Notes: generated by a model not told the origin, from the letters alone. Shown: positions 36,054 through 44,740, counted from the stretch's first letter. The stretch is 64,000 nt of DNA from an uncultured Latescibacterota bacterium (GCA_958295495.1 OY282352.1:3224548-3288547); one strand, 5' to 3'. A program made the numbers and translations.

Positions 36054-36438
36054 GTAGCCCTTTCTCGCGCAACGGAATTGCACAGACGGCGAAAAAGGTT
36101 TGTGGAGCGGTTCGCCCGCCACCGACCCTCAACGACGGGGTGGTCGCGCACTTGCAGGCGTATTCTTGGCCGGGGAATGTGCGCGATGGAGCACCTGATC
36201 CAGCAGAGGGTCTTGTTGTGCGAGGGGGGCGTGATGCGGGTAGCGGATGTGCCGTTCCTTTCTGAAGACGAGGAGGGGCCGAGATCAGGGATGAGAAACA
36301 GCAAATCGTCGAGGCACTCCAAGCCACCGAGGGACGGATTTATGGTGAGCGGGGTGCGCGTTGTTGGGCATGAACCCAGAGCGGCTGCGTTCCCGCATGC
36401 GCGTGTATGGGTTGCAGCGACCTAAGCAACCGTCTTAA
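36054..36438 (+). pseudogene. 3' remnant of a sigma-54-dependent transcriptional activator (end of AAA+ domain + Fis-type HTH), truncated and frameshifted
   Basis: Three successive frames read ...TLNDGVVAHLQAYSWPGNVR / EHLIQQRVLLCEGGVMRVADV...EDEEGP / EIRDEKQQIVEALQATEGRIYGERGAARLLGMNPERLRSRMRVYGLQRPKQPS*. The WPGNVRE(L)E and HTH signatures are present. There is no N-terminal or Walker region. Confidence 0.75.
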
Positions 36439-36467
36439 CGGGGAAAGGGAGCCCTGCGCCGTGGATG

Positions 36468-36534
36468 AAAAATCGTATTTAATACGAAAAAAATCGTATA
36501 AAATCGTATAAAATCGTATTTAATACGAAAAAAA
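36468..36534. promoter_or_regulatory. Operator/UAS-like repeat array: two 15-bp perfect palindromes plus two direct half-sites
   Basis: TCGTATTTAATACGA occurs at 36473-36487 and 36514-36528 (41 bp apart), each flanked by A-runs. ATCGTATAAA is repeated directly at 36493-36502 and 36503-36512. The array lies ~135-190 bp upstream of the sigma-54 promoter. Confidence 0.6.
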
Positions 36535-36613
36535 TGTTATGTTCCATTGAACCCATAGCAAATGCAACGTCTGTAAAAAGAAAATTACACTTTTATAACT
36601 CATATATTTTTCA

Positions 36614-36644
36614 ATCCTTTAGGGCAATCCTAAAGGATTTTTTT
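36614..36644 (+). terminator. Rho-independent terminator (or bend/hairpin element) between UAS and promoter
   Basis: ATCCTTTAGG (36614-36623) pairs with CCTAAAGGAT (36629-36638) around the loop GCAAT, followed by TTTTTT (36639-36644). Confidence 0.6.
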
Positions 36645-36661
36645 GTGCGTGTCCTGCTTTT

Positions 36662-36677
36662 TGGTACGCAATTTGCA
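36662..36677 (+). promoter_or_regulatory. Sigma-54 (-24/-12) promoter
   Basis: TGGTACG-caat-TTGCA matches the consensus TGGCACG-N4-TTGCW with one mismatch and exact spacing. GG is at 36663-36664 and GC at 36675-36676. Confidence 0.7.
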
Positions 36678-36816
36678 TATATAACCCGTAGAGCCGAGGC
36701 CGATGCGAAAGAAAGGAGGGGATACCAACTCGTCTTGGTCGTTGCTCAACTCTCACTTCCAGTACCGTAGCGACACTAGGCCGTGGGAGTACTGGGTTAC
36801 TCAGAAGAAAAGAACC

Positions 36817-37125
36817 ATGGAAAGCTTGCGGGAATTCTTCACGTCGTCGAGCGGGTTGGTGCCGGCTCGGCAGGGTCTGGGTCTGGGGTGGGTCATCAGC
36901 GCCCTCACGGGGATCACCGTCCTGCTCGGGGCCAAGGAAGCCGAAGCCGACAATGATTGCGGCGTATCCCCTTGGATAAGGGATCTTGGGTACAGCGCAG
37001 CTTGCGACGAAGCCACGAACGGGGCCAGGTCTTACAGGTGTCAGAGGTGTCAGAGGTGTCAGGATTGTCATATATCCCCGGACTGCGAATCGGTAGTATG
37101 CGGTGCCCCCTACTGTTGCGCATGA
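36817..37125 (+). CDS. Small secreted cysteine-rich protein (10 Cys in the ~58-aa predicted mature part)
   Basis: MESLREFFTSSSGLVPARQGLGLGWVISALTGITVLLGAKEAEA is signal-like. The remainder is DNDCGVSPWIRDLGYSAACDEATNGARSYRCQRCQRCQDCHISPDCESVVCGAPYCCA. It lies between the sigma-54 promoter and a terminator. An alternative in-frame start is ATG 36703. Confidence 0.5.
   Translation: MESLREFFTSSSGLVPARQGLGLGWVISALTGITVLLGAKEAEADNDCGVSPWIRDLGYSAACDEATNGARSYRCQRCQRCQDCHISPDCESVVCGAPYCCA
37036..37062 (+). repeat. Perfect 9-bp x3 tandem repeat inside the Cys-rich ORF
   Basis: AGGTGTCAG x3 encodes the (R)CQRCQRCQ stretch. Confidence 0.9.
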
Positions 37126-37179
37126 ATATCTGAGCCTACCTTAGCTACTGTCGGGCCGTTTTTCTTGCTAAGGTGTAAG

Positions 37180-37216
37180 GGGCCGGCTTAATCGTAGCGA
37201 TTGAGTCGGCCCTTTT
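37180..37216 (+). terminator. Rho-independent terminator after the Cys-rich ORF
   Basis: GGGCCGGCT (37180-37188) pairs with AGTCGGCCC (37204-37212, one G-U pair), followed by TTTT (37213-37216). Confidence 0.55.
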
Positions 37217-37279
37217 CCTCATTTCACGGAGAGTACGCTGTTGGTCAGCCTCTTACAGTTGGAAAGGAGTGGTGCTATT

Positions 37280-39409
37280 ATGCTGAAAGTTGCTATTGTT
37301 GCCGGCGTTGTGCTATGGAGTAGCCTCGCCGAGGCGATCAAGTGGGATTTCGATGACGGGACGACGCAAGGGTGGACCCCCAAAGAAGCTCTTGTACGGG
37401 GGGGGACGCGTGAATTTAACCAGTTTCCAGCGATGGTTGACAACGGCGTGTGGCGGATCCGGGTCGATCCGGCCGTCACCAAGAGTTTGTACACCTCCCA
37501 GGCGGGCGTCGAAGTGGTTTCTCCGCCTATCGGGTACGATTCGAGCTTGTTCGACCACGTCCGCGTCCGGCTCCGCACCGTCCATGACCACCCCACAGAG
37601 GGTAGTTTTTGGATCACGTGGGACAACTCTTCAGGTTTAGGAGATTTCTTTACCCACTCAGTACGAGGACAAACAGTCTATACCACCGAGTGGCAGGAAG
37701 TGGAGTTCCCGTTGGCGGGTCGCGACGGCTGGGAGGGCCTGTTGAGAAATGTTCAGCTCGGTTTTGTACTGGCTTTTGATTTGGATACCGAGGTTATCCA
37801 GTCGTTTGAGATCGACTGGATTGAGTTGACCGGCGTGGGCGAGCTTTTAGAGGGGGAACTGCCGCCGCCGCCGGTAGAGTACTACTTCCGCTTTGTGGGG
37901 GCCGGTCTTTTCGCCCCGCCGGTTTTCTATCCGATTGCCCCGGGCATCGGGGAAGCCCCTTTTGGAGGGGGAGGGTATCTAGGGGAGGTCAAGGGCAACG
38001 TGTTGACGGACTTGGATGGCGATGGCGACTTAGACCTGTTCGCCCTGTGGGAAACGCAAACAGAGAATAAGTATGGGGCTCCTAAGACGAAAGCGGGCTG
38101 GCTGATGGCCGTCAATGACGGGCGCGGGGCCTTGGAACGGGGGCCTGTTATAGAAGAAGTAGAAGGAGCAGCTGAAGGTGGGGCAGTCTTAAAGGTGCTT
38201 GGTGCCGATTTGACGGGCGACGGTCAAGACGAAATCGCCCTATCGAGAAACAACCGGGAGCCCCAGACCGAAGTGTGGTCTATCGGGCCGGACCTCCAAG
38301 TTGAGGTGCTCGTGCAGATCGATAGACGGATCCATAGTGTGGCCGATTGGGATGGCGACGGCCGAGTCGAATTATTTGTCGGGGGGGGTATGTTTAGAGG
38401 CACTTTCGAGGAAATGATCGCCGGTACGGCGGAGGTTTATAGCACATTAGCGGTCTGGGAGGTAGCACAAGGGATGTGGACCTCCGAGGAGGTGGCGTAT
38501 TCCGAAGACTATGTGTCCACTCAGATCGGCGACTTTACCGGCGATGGAACCCTAGACGTGCTCTGGACACCGACGAGAAAGCTGGTGAACAGGTGGATTG
38601 TGGGGGCCTTGGGCGAGGAGCTTCCGAGCGGCGAGATATTTGAAGTCGATGAAGAGATGAAGCGACCGTTAGGGGTGGGCGACTTTGATGGCGATGGGCA
38701 GGTGGACTTCCTCACCGAGTTCACATCCGATCTAATCGAAGAGAGCAAGGGACTCGTCTTGCAGAGAAAGGGAGCCGGAGACCGCCTAGAAGCGGAGGTG
38801 CTATATGATGATCGGCTGTTGCGGCGCTCGCCGGTGGTGGTGCGCGACCTCAACGCCGATGGGATTGAGGACTGGGTGTTTATCGGCGGGGATCGCGTCT
38901 CGGGCTTTGGGGTGTTCGTCGAATGGGGTGGGGGAGTCAACCCTACTCAAGCAGGGGAGCGGCATCGGCTGGAGGGCAGTGGGCGATCCGTGCTCTGCGG
39001 GGATATGGATAGCGACGGCGATCTCGATTTGGTGGTGTTGGATCCGATCTTGGGCGGCGTGCATCTGCTCAAGAGTTCGCTGAGCGAGCAGCCGACCGCG
39101 GTGCAGACGCCAGCGGCAGCGCGACCAGTGCAACATCGGCTGGGCGACAGCTATCCCAATCCGTTCAATCCGGCGGTGGTGATCCCTCTTGAGTTGGCGA
39201 CGGACGCGGCCGGGGTGTCGCTGACGGTGTACGATGTGTTGGGTCGTCGGGTGCGGCAGGTGTGGGACGGGTCGCTGGAGGCGGGCAGGCATCGGTTTGT
39301 GTGGGATGGCCGCGACGACGCGAGCAAAGACGTGGCCGCTGGGGTGTATATCTATCAGGTCGAAATTGACGGACGGGTGGAAGCGAAAAAGACGACGAAG
39401 CTGCCGTGA
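37280..39409 (+). CDS. Secreted FG-GAP/VCBS-repeat protein with T9SS type-A (FlgD-Ig-like) C-terminal sorting domain
   Basis: ATG 37280 (AAGGAG upstream) gives signal peptide MLKVAIVAGVVLWSSLAEA. Repeated DxDGDGxxD motifs are present (DLDGDGDLD, DWDGDGRVE, DFDGDGQVD, DMDSDGDLD). The C-terminus SYPNPFNPAVVIPL...LTVYDVLGRRV...VWDGRDD...AAGVYIYQV is the type-A CTD. Confidence 0.8.
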   Translation: MLKVAIVAGVVLWSSLAEAIKWDFDDGTTQGWTPKEALVRGGTREFNQFPAMVDNGVWRIRVDPAVTKSLYTSQAGVEVVSPPIGYDSSLFDHVRVRLRTVHDHPTEGSFWITWDNSSGLGDFFTHSVRGQTVYTTEWQEVEFPLAGRDGWEGLLRNVQLGFVLAFDLDTEVIQSFEIDWIELTGVGELLEGELPPPPVEYYFRFVGAGLFAPPVFYPIAPGIGEAPFGGGGYLGEVKGNVLTDLDGDGDLDLFALWETQTENKYGAPKTKAGWLMAVNDGRGALERGPVIEEVEGAAEGGAVLKVLGADLTGDGQDEIALSRNNREPQTEVWSIGPDLQVEVLVQIDRRIHSVADWDGDGRVELFVGGGMFRGTFEEMIAGTAEVYSTLAVWEVAQGMWTSEEVAYSEDYVSTQIGDFTGDGTLDVLWTPTRKLVNRWIVGALGEELPSGEIFEVDEEMKRPLGVGDFDGDGQVDFLTEFTSDLIEESKGLVLQRKGAGDRLEAEVLYDDRLLRRSPVVVRDLNADGIEDWVFIGGDRVSGFGVFVEWGGGVNPTQAGERHRLEGSGRSVLCGDMDSDGDLDLVVLDPILGGVHLLKSSLSEQPTAVQTPAAARPVQHRLGDSYPNPFNPAVVIPLELATDAAGVSLTVYDVLGRRVRQVWDGSLEAGRHRFVWDGRDDASKDVAAGVYIYQVEIDGRVEAKKTTKLP

Positions 39410-39591
39410 GAAAGGGACGTGAGCCGATGAGACGGCCATGGAAAGTCCCGCTACAGAAAAATAGAAAACTCCAAGGATGCTGGGCGTTATCGCTGGCCTT
39501 GCATCACTGCCGCACCGCGAGCAGGTTACTCAACCGGCGTCGCCTCCTGTCCTACTGAGCCGAGTACCACCGCCATAACCAGCGCGAGAAG

Positions 39592-40614
39592 CTATCCGGG
39601 TCTGAGGCCGCTGCGGCCCAGAGATTCCCAACACCGCACGGACGACTCTCTTAGTAGTGCCGAGACCTCCGCCTGTAGGTCGTTCGCAGTTTCGCCCTCG
39701 GGACACAAATGGGCCAAGCGGCTCAGCGCATCCATGGCAAAGCCAACGCAGATGACGTTCTCGTCGCCGCGAATAACCTCTTGCAAGGCCCGTGCGGTCG
39801 GCCCCAGCGCCGGGCCGGTAATACATGAAGCGCGGGTTATCTTCCCAGGTGCGCCAATCGTCGCGGCGGTGATTGCCCCGGTGGAAGGTATTGTGCGAGT
39901 ACAACACGACACTGCCGGTGTGCAGCGGGGCCACTTCAAACGACTGCACGAGCGGCCACTTTAAGTTGGTGACCGCCTCTCGCAGGCGCACGTCGTGCGC
40001 GGTGCGGCGATGGACAATATCGCCGCGGTCGTATTGGGAATCGGGGCCGCTGACTGGCTGGCCCTCCATGCCGCTGAGCTGGTAGGCGAAGTCGAGGTGA
40101 TCGGCCCTGGCGAAATTGTCGTGGTTTTCTTCGTGGTTGAAGGTCCAGTAGTGCGAGTAGGGCACGGTCGCGGTCGGGCCCATGTCCTCGCGCACGGCCT
40201 GCGGATAGTACAGCATTTCGATTTGCACGGCTTGGTGGTGGCGCTGTTTGCGGCCATTGAACGGGCCGTTGTCGTCCTTGTGCCAGTGCTGGTCGCGGCC
40301 GCCGCTGGAGAAGGTCGCGTTGTGAGTGAACGGCACAATGGCCCAGTTCTCGCCGACTAGTTGATTGCAGGCGGCAACGACGCCGGGGGCGTTGATCACT
40401 TCGAGCACGTCTGGGATGAGTTCGGGCGTGACGCGCTCGCCGGTGCCGACCGCCTGCTTTTCGCGCTGATAGATTCGCTCGTGGATTTCGAGTGAAATGC
40501 CGAGGCTTTCCGGGGATAGGACGACCAGCCCGCGGCTGGCAAAATCCCGTACTAGATGTTCTGGCTTGCTGTAGGCCAGTGGGGCCGGGCAGAAGAAAGC
40601 TCTTTCGCGTTCAT
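39592..40614 (-). pseudogene. PhyH-like Fe(II)/2OG dioxygenase family gene with two frameshifts
   Basis: ATG 40614 (MNAKELSSA) runs into a stop. The main body lies in a second frame (PLAYSKPEHLVRDFASRGLVVL...QHWHKDDN...SHNTFHRGNHRR...NPRFMYYR). The tail lies in a third frame (PALGPTARALQEVIRGDENVICVGF... to the stop at 39592). The switches are near 40578-40592 and 39815-39835, at G/C runs. Confidence 0.65.
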
Positions 40615-40703
40615 GTCGATTTATTCACCTTCCCGTTTAGTTTCATCCAATCTAACCACGGGGTTCTTCCCATTCAATTTAGACTACCAATACAGGAGTC
40701 ATT

Positions 40704-41441
40704 ATGTCGCAAAAGAAGACGCTCAGACAACGCATGCAAGATGGCGAAGTGCTAACTGCCCTGCGTGGCTGGCTGACCACGACCAAGGAGGAATTAGCCG
40801 ATATATGGTCAACCGGCGAGTTCGACTATATCTGGATCGACAGCCAGCACACCCCTTTCAGCGAAGAGCAATTGGTCGCCTACTGTCGGGCGGCCGAAGA
40901 GTTGGATATCGACGTGCAATTGCGTATCCCGCACACCCGACATGCCTATATGGTCGGGCGCTATCTCGACTTGGGTCCTAGTGCGGTCTTAGTCCCCGAA
41001 GTCATGGAGCCGGAGACCGTGGACGACGCCATTGCCTATGCCTATTACGGCCCCATCGGACGGCGCAGTTGGGGTGGCGCGAATCGCCGCGGCCTGCGCG
41101 GCTCGACCCAAGGGATCGACCGACGCGCCTATGCGGCGTGGTGGAATGACTACGCGATTTTGGCGATCCAAATAGAATCCGTCGAAGCGGTGACCAATAT
41201 TCGCAAATTGGCCAAGCCGGGAGTGAGTGTGGTCACTTTTGGCCCCAACGACCTCTCCTTCAGCTTGGAGGATCACCCGGACTATCCGCTGCGCACGGTC
41301 GATGACTGTATGCACAATGTCGCTGCCCAATTGGCTGGTACTGGCATCTGTCTGGCCATGGGAACGGGTACTAGCCCCGCAGAACGCGACAAGTATCTGA
41401 AGATGGGGGTTACGCTTTTCCAGGCGGATGCGCCGAGCTAG
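40704..41441 (+). CDS. HpcH/HpaI-family aldolase (2-keto-3-deoxy-acid aldolase type)
   Basis: 245 aa with blocks DYIWIDSQHTPF, LRIPH and AILAIQIESVEAV, typical of the family. Confidence 0.8.
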   Translation: MSQKKTLRQRMQDGEVLTALRGWLTTTKEELADIWSTGEFDYIWIDSQHTPFSEEQLVAYCRAAEELDIDVQLRIPHTRHAYMVGRYLDLGPSAVLVPEVMEPETVDDAIAYAYYGPIGRRSWGGANRRGLRGSTQGIDRRAYAAWWNDYAILAIQIESVEAVTNIRKLAKPGVSVVTFGPNDLSFSLEDHPDYPLRTVDDCMHNVAAQLAGTGICLAMGTGTSPAERDKYLKMGVTLFQADAPS

Positions 41442-41517
41442 GCTTTGGCCGCACTCCCGCGACGGCCTTATGTTAATTACCCGACCCGTTCTAAATTGAC
41501 CACTCGGAGGATACGCT

Positions 41518-42501
41518 ATGTATATCGGATCGCAATTCGGGGAACAGACCGACGAAGAAATGAGGGTCTTGTCGCAACTCGGCATCAAAAACGTCGATCA
41601 GACGCCTTCCGCGCCGTGGCGGGAATGGAGCACGGATATGCTACTGCAGATGAAGGAGCGGTGGGCCAAACACGGCATCAGCATGGAGATGATCCACATC
41701 CCCCTGGGCTCGCGCAGCGCCTACCAAAACGAGGCCGGGGCGATTTTTCTCAAACCGAGCGACGAGCGCGCCCGCCAGATCGACTGGATGAAAGAGACCG
41801 TGCGGATGGCGGGCGAGGCTGGCCTCCGCGGCCTCAACTACAACATCACCATCTTGGGGCACCTGCGGACGCCCTCGAAGACCGGGCGCGGAGGAGCCAC
41901 GGTATCGACCTTTGAGTTGGACAAATTGGATCAGTCGCTGGGCGAGTTCGAGGATGGGCCGGCCGATGAAGACGAAATGTGGGCGCGCATTGACCACTGG
42001 CTGCAGGAGATCATGCCCGTGGCCGAAGAGTACAAGGTCCAGATGGCCTGCCATCCGTCCGACCCGGGCATTGGCGTGGGCAATACGTACCGGGGCGTGG
42101 CGCGTCCCTTGGGGATGGTCGAGGGCTTCAAAAAGCTCATCGCGCTCTACAACAGTCCGTACAACGGGCTGAATTTTTGCCAGGGCTGCATGTCCGAGGC
42201 GCTGGTCAATCCGGCGGAGGAGATCTTCGATGTCATTCGCTACTTTGGCGAGCGCAAGAAAATTTTCAACGTCCACTTCCGCAATATCAAAGGCGGCCTA
42301 GGTACCTTCGTCGAGGTTTTTCCCGACGAAGGCGATGTCAATATGATCCGGGCGCTGAAGGTGTACAAGGAAGTCGGCTACGAGTACATGATCATGCCGG
42401 ATCACGTCCCCGGGATCAACGGCCCCGAGCCGGGCAAAGTCGGCTTTGCCTATGCCTTCGGCTATATCCACGCGGCCTTGCAAGCGGTGGAGGAGTTGTA
42501 A
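41518..42501 (+). CDS. UxuA-like mannonate dehydratase family protein (xylose-isomerase-like TIM barrel)
   Basis: C-terminal blocks align by eye with E. coli UxuA: IMPVAEEYKVQMACHPSDP, GLNFCQG, IFNVHFRN, EGDVNM and MPDHVP. Confidence 0.65.
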   Translation: MYIGSQFGEQTDEEMRVLSQLGIKNVDQTPSAPWREWSTDMLLQMKERWAKHGISMEMIHIPLGSRSAYQNEAGAIFLKPSDERARQIDWMKETVRMAGEAGLRGLNYNITILGHLRTPSKTGRGGATVSTFELDKLDQSLGEFEDGPADEDEMWARIDHWLQEIMPVAEEYKVQMACHPSDPGIGVGNTYRGVARPLGMVEGFKKLIALYNSPYNGLNFCQGCMSEALVNPAEEIFDVIRYFGERKKIFNVHFRNIKGGLGTFVEVFPDEGDVNMIRALKVYKEVGYEYMIMPDHVPGINGPEPGKVGFAYAFGYIHAALQAVEEL

Positions 42502-42574
42502 ATCAGGCCTTCTTTTTTTTTAACGGCATCTCAATCCCATATTGCTCCACAACAAACATGAGTTAAAATAAAAA

Positions 42575-43363
42575 ATGCAAAAAAAAGGCGTTTCCTTTTC
42601 CGTTTTCACCAAAATGTGGAAGGACAAATCTCCAACCGAACTCGGAGAGTTTGTACTCGATCTGGGCTTCGACGGCATTGAACTGCCCGTGCGTGCGGAT
42701 TATCCAGTGCCCCCCGAAAGTGTTGGACGCGACTTGCCCAAAGCGGCAAAGGAACTCGGCACTTTGGGTGTCGCCATTACCAGTGTGGCCGGACCGACGG
42801 ACGAAGCAACCATTGCGGCTTGTGGTGCTGCCGGAGTTCCGGTCATTCGCACCTGTCCAGCCATTGCTACCGGAGGGTATTTGGCCAGCGTAGAAGGTCA
42901 CCAGCGAGCCTTTGACGCCCTAATTCCTTTGCTCGACAAACACGGGGTCGCTTTGGGCATCCAAAATCACGAAGACCAATGGGTGTGCAATGCCATGGGC
43001 ATTAAACACCTAATCGACCGCTACGATCCCAGCCATATCTGTGCCATACCCTGTGCTGGGCACACTGCTCTCAACGGAGAATCCCCCGAGATGGCGATCG
43101 ATATCGTCTGGTCGCATCTGTCCCAGTTCAAGCTCAAAAATGCGTACTGGCGGCGGCAGACCGGACCGGAAGCGGAAAACGTGGAATGGCGTCCTTATTG
43201 GACCACGGGACGGCAGGGCTTGGCTTCGTGGCCGCGGTCGGTCGCAGAACTGAAACGAAGGGGCTTCAGCGGTGTCGTCTGCATGGATGCCGAATACCAC
43301 GATACAGCCTCCACAGAGCGACTCCTCGCCGAAGACCTCGCCTTCGCCAAGTCTCTGTTTTGA
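42575..43363 (+). CDS. Sugar-phosphate isomerase/epimerase (xylose-isomerase-like TIM barrel)
   Basis: 262 aa with FDGIELPV, a GIQNHE motif and a late-His/Asp pattern. Confidence 0.7.
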   Translation: MQKKGVSFSVFTKMWKDKSPTELGEFVLDLGFDGIELPVRADYPVPPESVGRDLPKAAKELGTLGVAITSVAGPTDEATIAACGAAGVPVIRTCPAIATGGYLASVEGHQRAFDALIPLLDKHGVALGIQNHEDQWVCNAMGIKHLIDRYDPSHICAIPCAGHTALNGESPEMAIDIVWSHLSQFKLKNAYWRRQTGPEAENVEWRPYWTTGRQGLASWPRSVAELKRRGFSGVVCMDAEYHDTASTERLLAEDLAFAKSLF

Positions 43364-43441
43364 GCGGGCCCCGACAAACCGCTCCATCGCGAAAGGAATT
43401 GCCCGCCTATGCACATAACCGATGTATCCTTGGCCCTCAAC

Positions 43442-44437
43442 TTATCCGGCACGAAATCCCACTTCGACCCCATCCCCTACATCGACAGTGGCTCGCAGCA
43501 CCCGGGGCCGCACTAACTCCGCTGTCTGCGCTACGCCGTCGACCCATATACGGGGAAAGTTGCACCAGGCCGCCGGCACTTCCGCTTCAAGGGTCAGCTC
43601 CTTGCAAGCCACGCCTGCGGGCAGATCGGTGAAAGAAATTTGATACCGTCGCTCATCGACACTGTCGCCAACAACGTCAATGGCGGCATGACGCCGACTC
43701 AGATGATAGAACACGACTTCTTCGGGCACGGCGCACCAGACTTCGTCGCCGCCCTCTGCAAGCACCGTCTCCAAGCGCTTGCGTAGCTGGGCTGCGGAGC
43801 AATCCTTATTGATGTGGATGGGCTCTTCGAGCGGGCAGTGGCAGTAGTCGATGACCCAACCGCGGGACTGGCGGGCGGGGAGAATATTGCGGAAGGGATC
43901 GTGTTTGCTGAAGAAAGGAGGGGGGTATTCATGGATCAGAGGACTGCGGTCGAGCCAATAGCACTCGTCCGCGGGTCGATTTATTCCCTCCCTGATGCTC
44001 ATCGCGCCCAAATAGCCGAGTTGGCGGCAGGCCGCGAGAATGTGTGGGGCCATATTGCGGTTGTTGCCGGGGGCACAATACAGCGGCACCGGCGCGTCAA
44101 TGGCTTGCTCTAAAACCTCCTTGGCCACGCGCAGCTCCTGATCGACCATCTCGGGTTCGATAAAGCCGTGAGTCCACGAGTGATTGCCGACGCCCCAGCC
44201 GCGAGCGATCAGGTCTTTGATTTCATCGGTATTCATATGCCGGTAGCCATTGAAGCTCGACCCGGCGACCCGGCGCACTTCCCCCATCTGCCCGACGACC
44301 ACTTCCAAGTGCCCGGGAATACCGCATTCTTCGTGATAGGGCACAGCAAAACGGTGCAAATCGACCAAGGCCTCGTCGTAGGTAATGGAGTAGGCCCAGC
44401 GTTTGCCGTATTTCCAATCGCAAATGTGCAACGACAT
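43442..44437 (-). CDS. Polysaccharide deacetylase (NodB-homology / CE4) family protein, paralogue 1
   Basis: The internal start MSLHICDWKYGKRWAYSITYDE is at 44437. WGVGNHSWTH is His-rich and the arrangement is NodB-like. It aligns end to end with the neighbouring paralogue. Confidence 0.7.
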   Translation of the reverse strand: MSLHICDWKYGKRWAYSITYDEALVDLHRFAVPYHEECGIPGHLEVVVGQMGEVRRVAGSSFNGYRHMNTDEIKDLIARGWGVGNHSWTHGFIEPEMVDQELRVAKEVLEQAIDAPVPLYCAPGNNRNMAPHILAACRQLGYLGAMSIREGINRPADECYWLDRSPLIHEYPPPFFSKHDPFRNILPARQSRGWVIDYCHCPLEEPIHINKDCSAAQLRKRLETVLAEGGDEVWCAVPEEVVFYHLSRRHAAIDVVGDSVDERRYQISFTDLPAGVACKELTLEAEVPAAWCNFPRIWVDGVAQTAELVRPRVLRATVDVGDGVEVGFRAG

Positions 44438-44740
44438 AATCAATCCTTCGCATCGAACGGTTTTTAGCCAGTTGTTGTACTGCGACCAACAAACAGTTCG
44501 CGTCCGCGACGAAAATCTACTCGCCCTACTGACTACAGACATAGCCAGTTCCCACCGGACAATCCGTACGCCGTTCCCCCGTCCCGCAACATTCCAATTC
44601 ACACGTCAGCAGTGCTTCTACCCGCCGCTTCCAGTCGGCTGGGTAGCGCAGCGTTCCTTTCAAGCGGAAGCCGCTGACCCAATACAAATAAACCTAAGTC
44701 GGGGCTGTACCACAACTTAGCTTACTGTCGTGTACTTAGC

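Noticed and set aside
32681-36265. Long alternative-frame ORFs inside the giant gene (32681-33799, 372 aa; 35177-36265, 362 aa), and similar ones inside glgB (11569-12453, 11831-12598)
   Set aside because: These are typical high-GC shadow ORFs with R/P/A/G-rich composition and no motifs, fully overlapped by well-supported genes. Only the last ~45 codons of 35177-36265 are meaningful, as part of the sigma-54 activator relic.
36468-36534. Mini repeat array (TCGTAT units) as a possible CRISPR or satellite
   Set aside because: It has only four units with 10-bp spacing and a palindromic organisation. Its position upstream of a -24/-12 promoter fits protein-binding operators far better.
36534-36770. 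78-aa ORF (MLCSIEPIANATS...) in the AT-rich spacer, and the antisense 150-aa ORF 36619-37071
   Set aside because: The first runs through the terminator hairpin and the sigma-54 promoter. The second is antisense to the Cys-rich ORF. Neither has an RBS or recognisable features.
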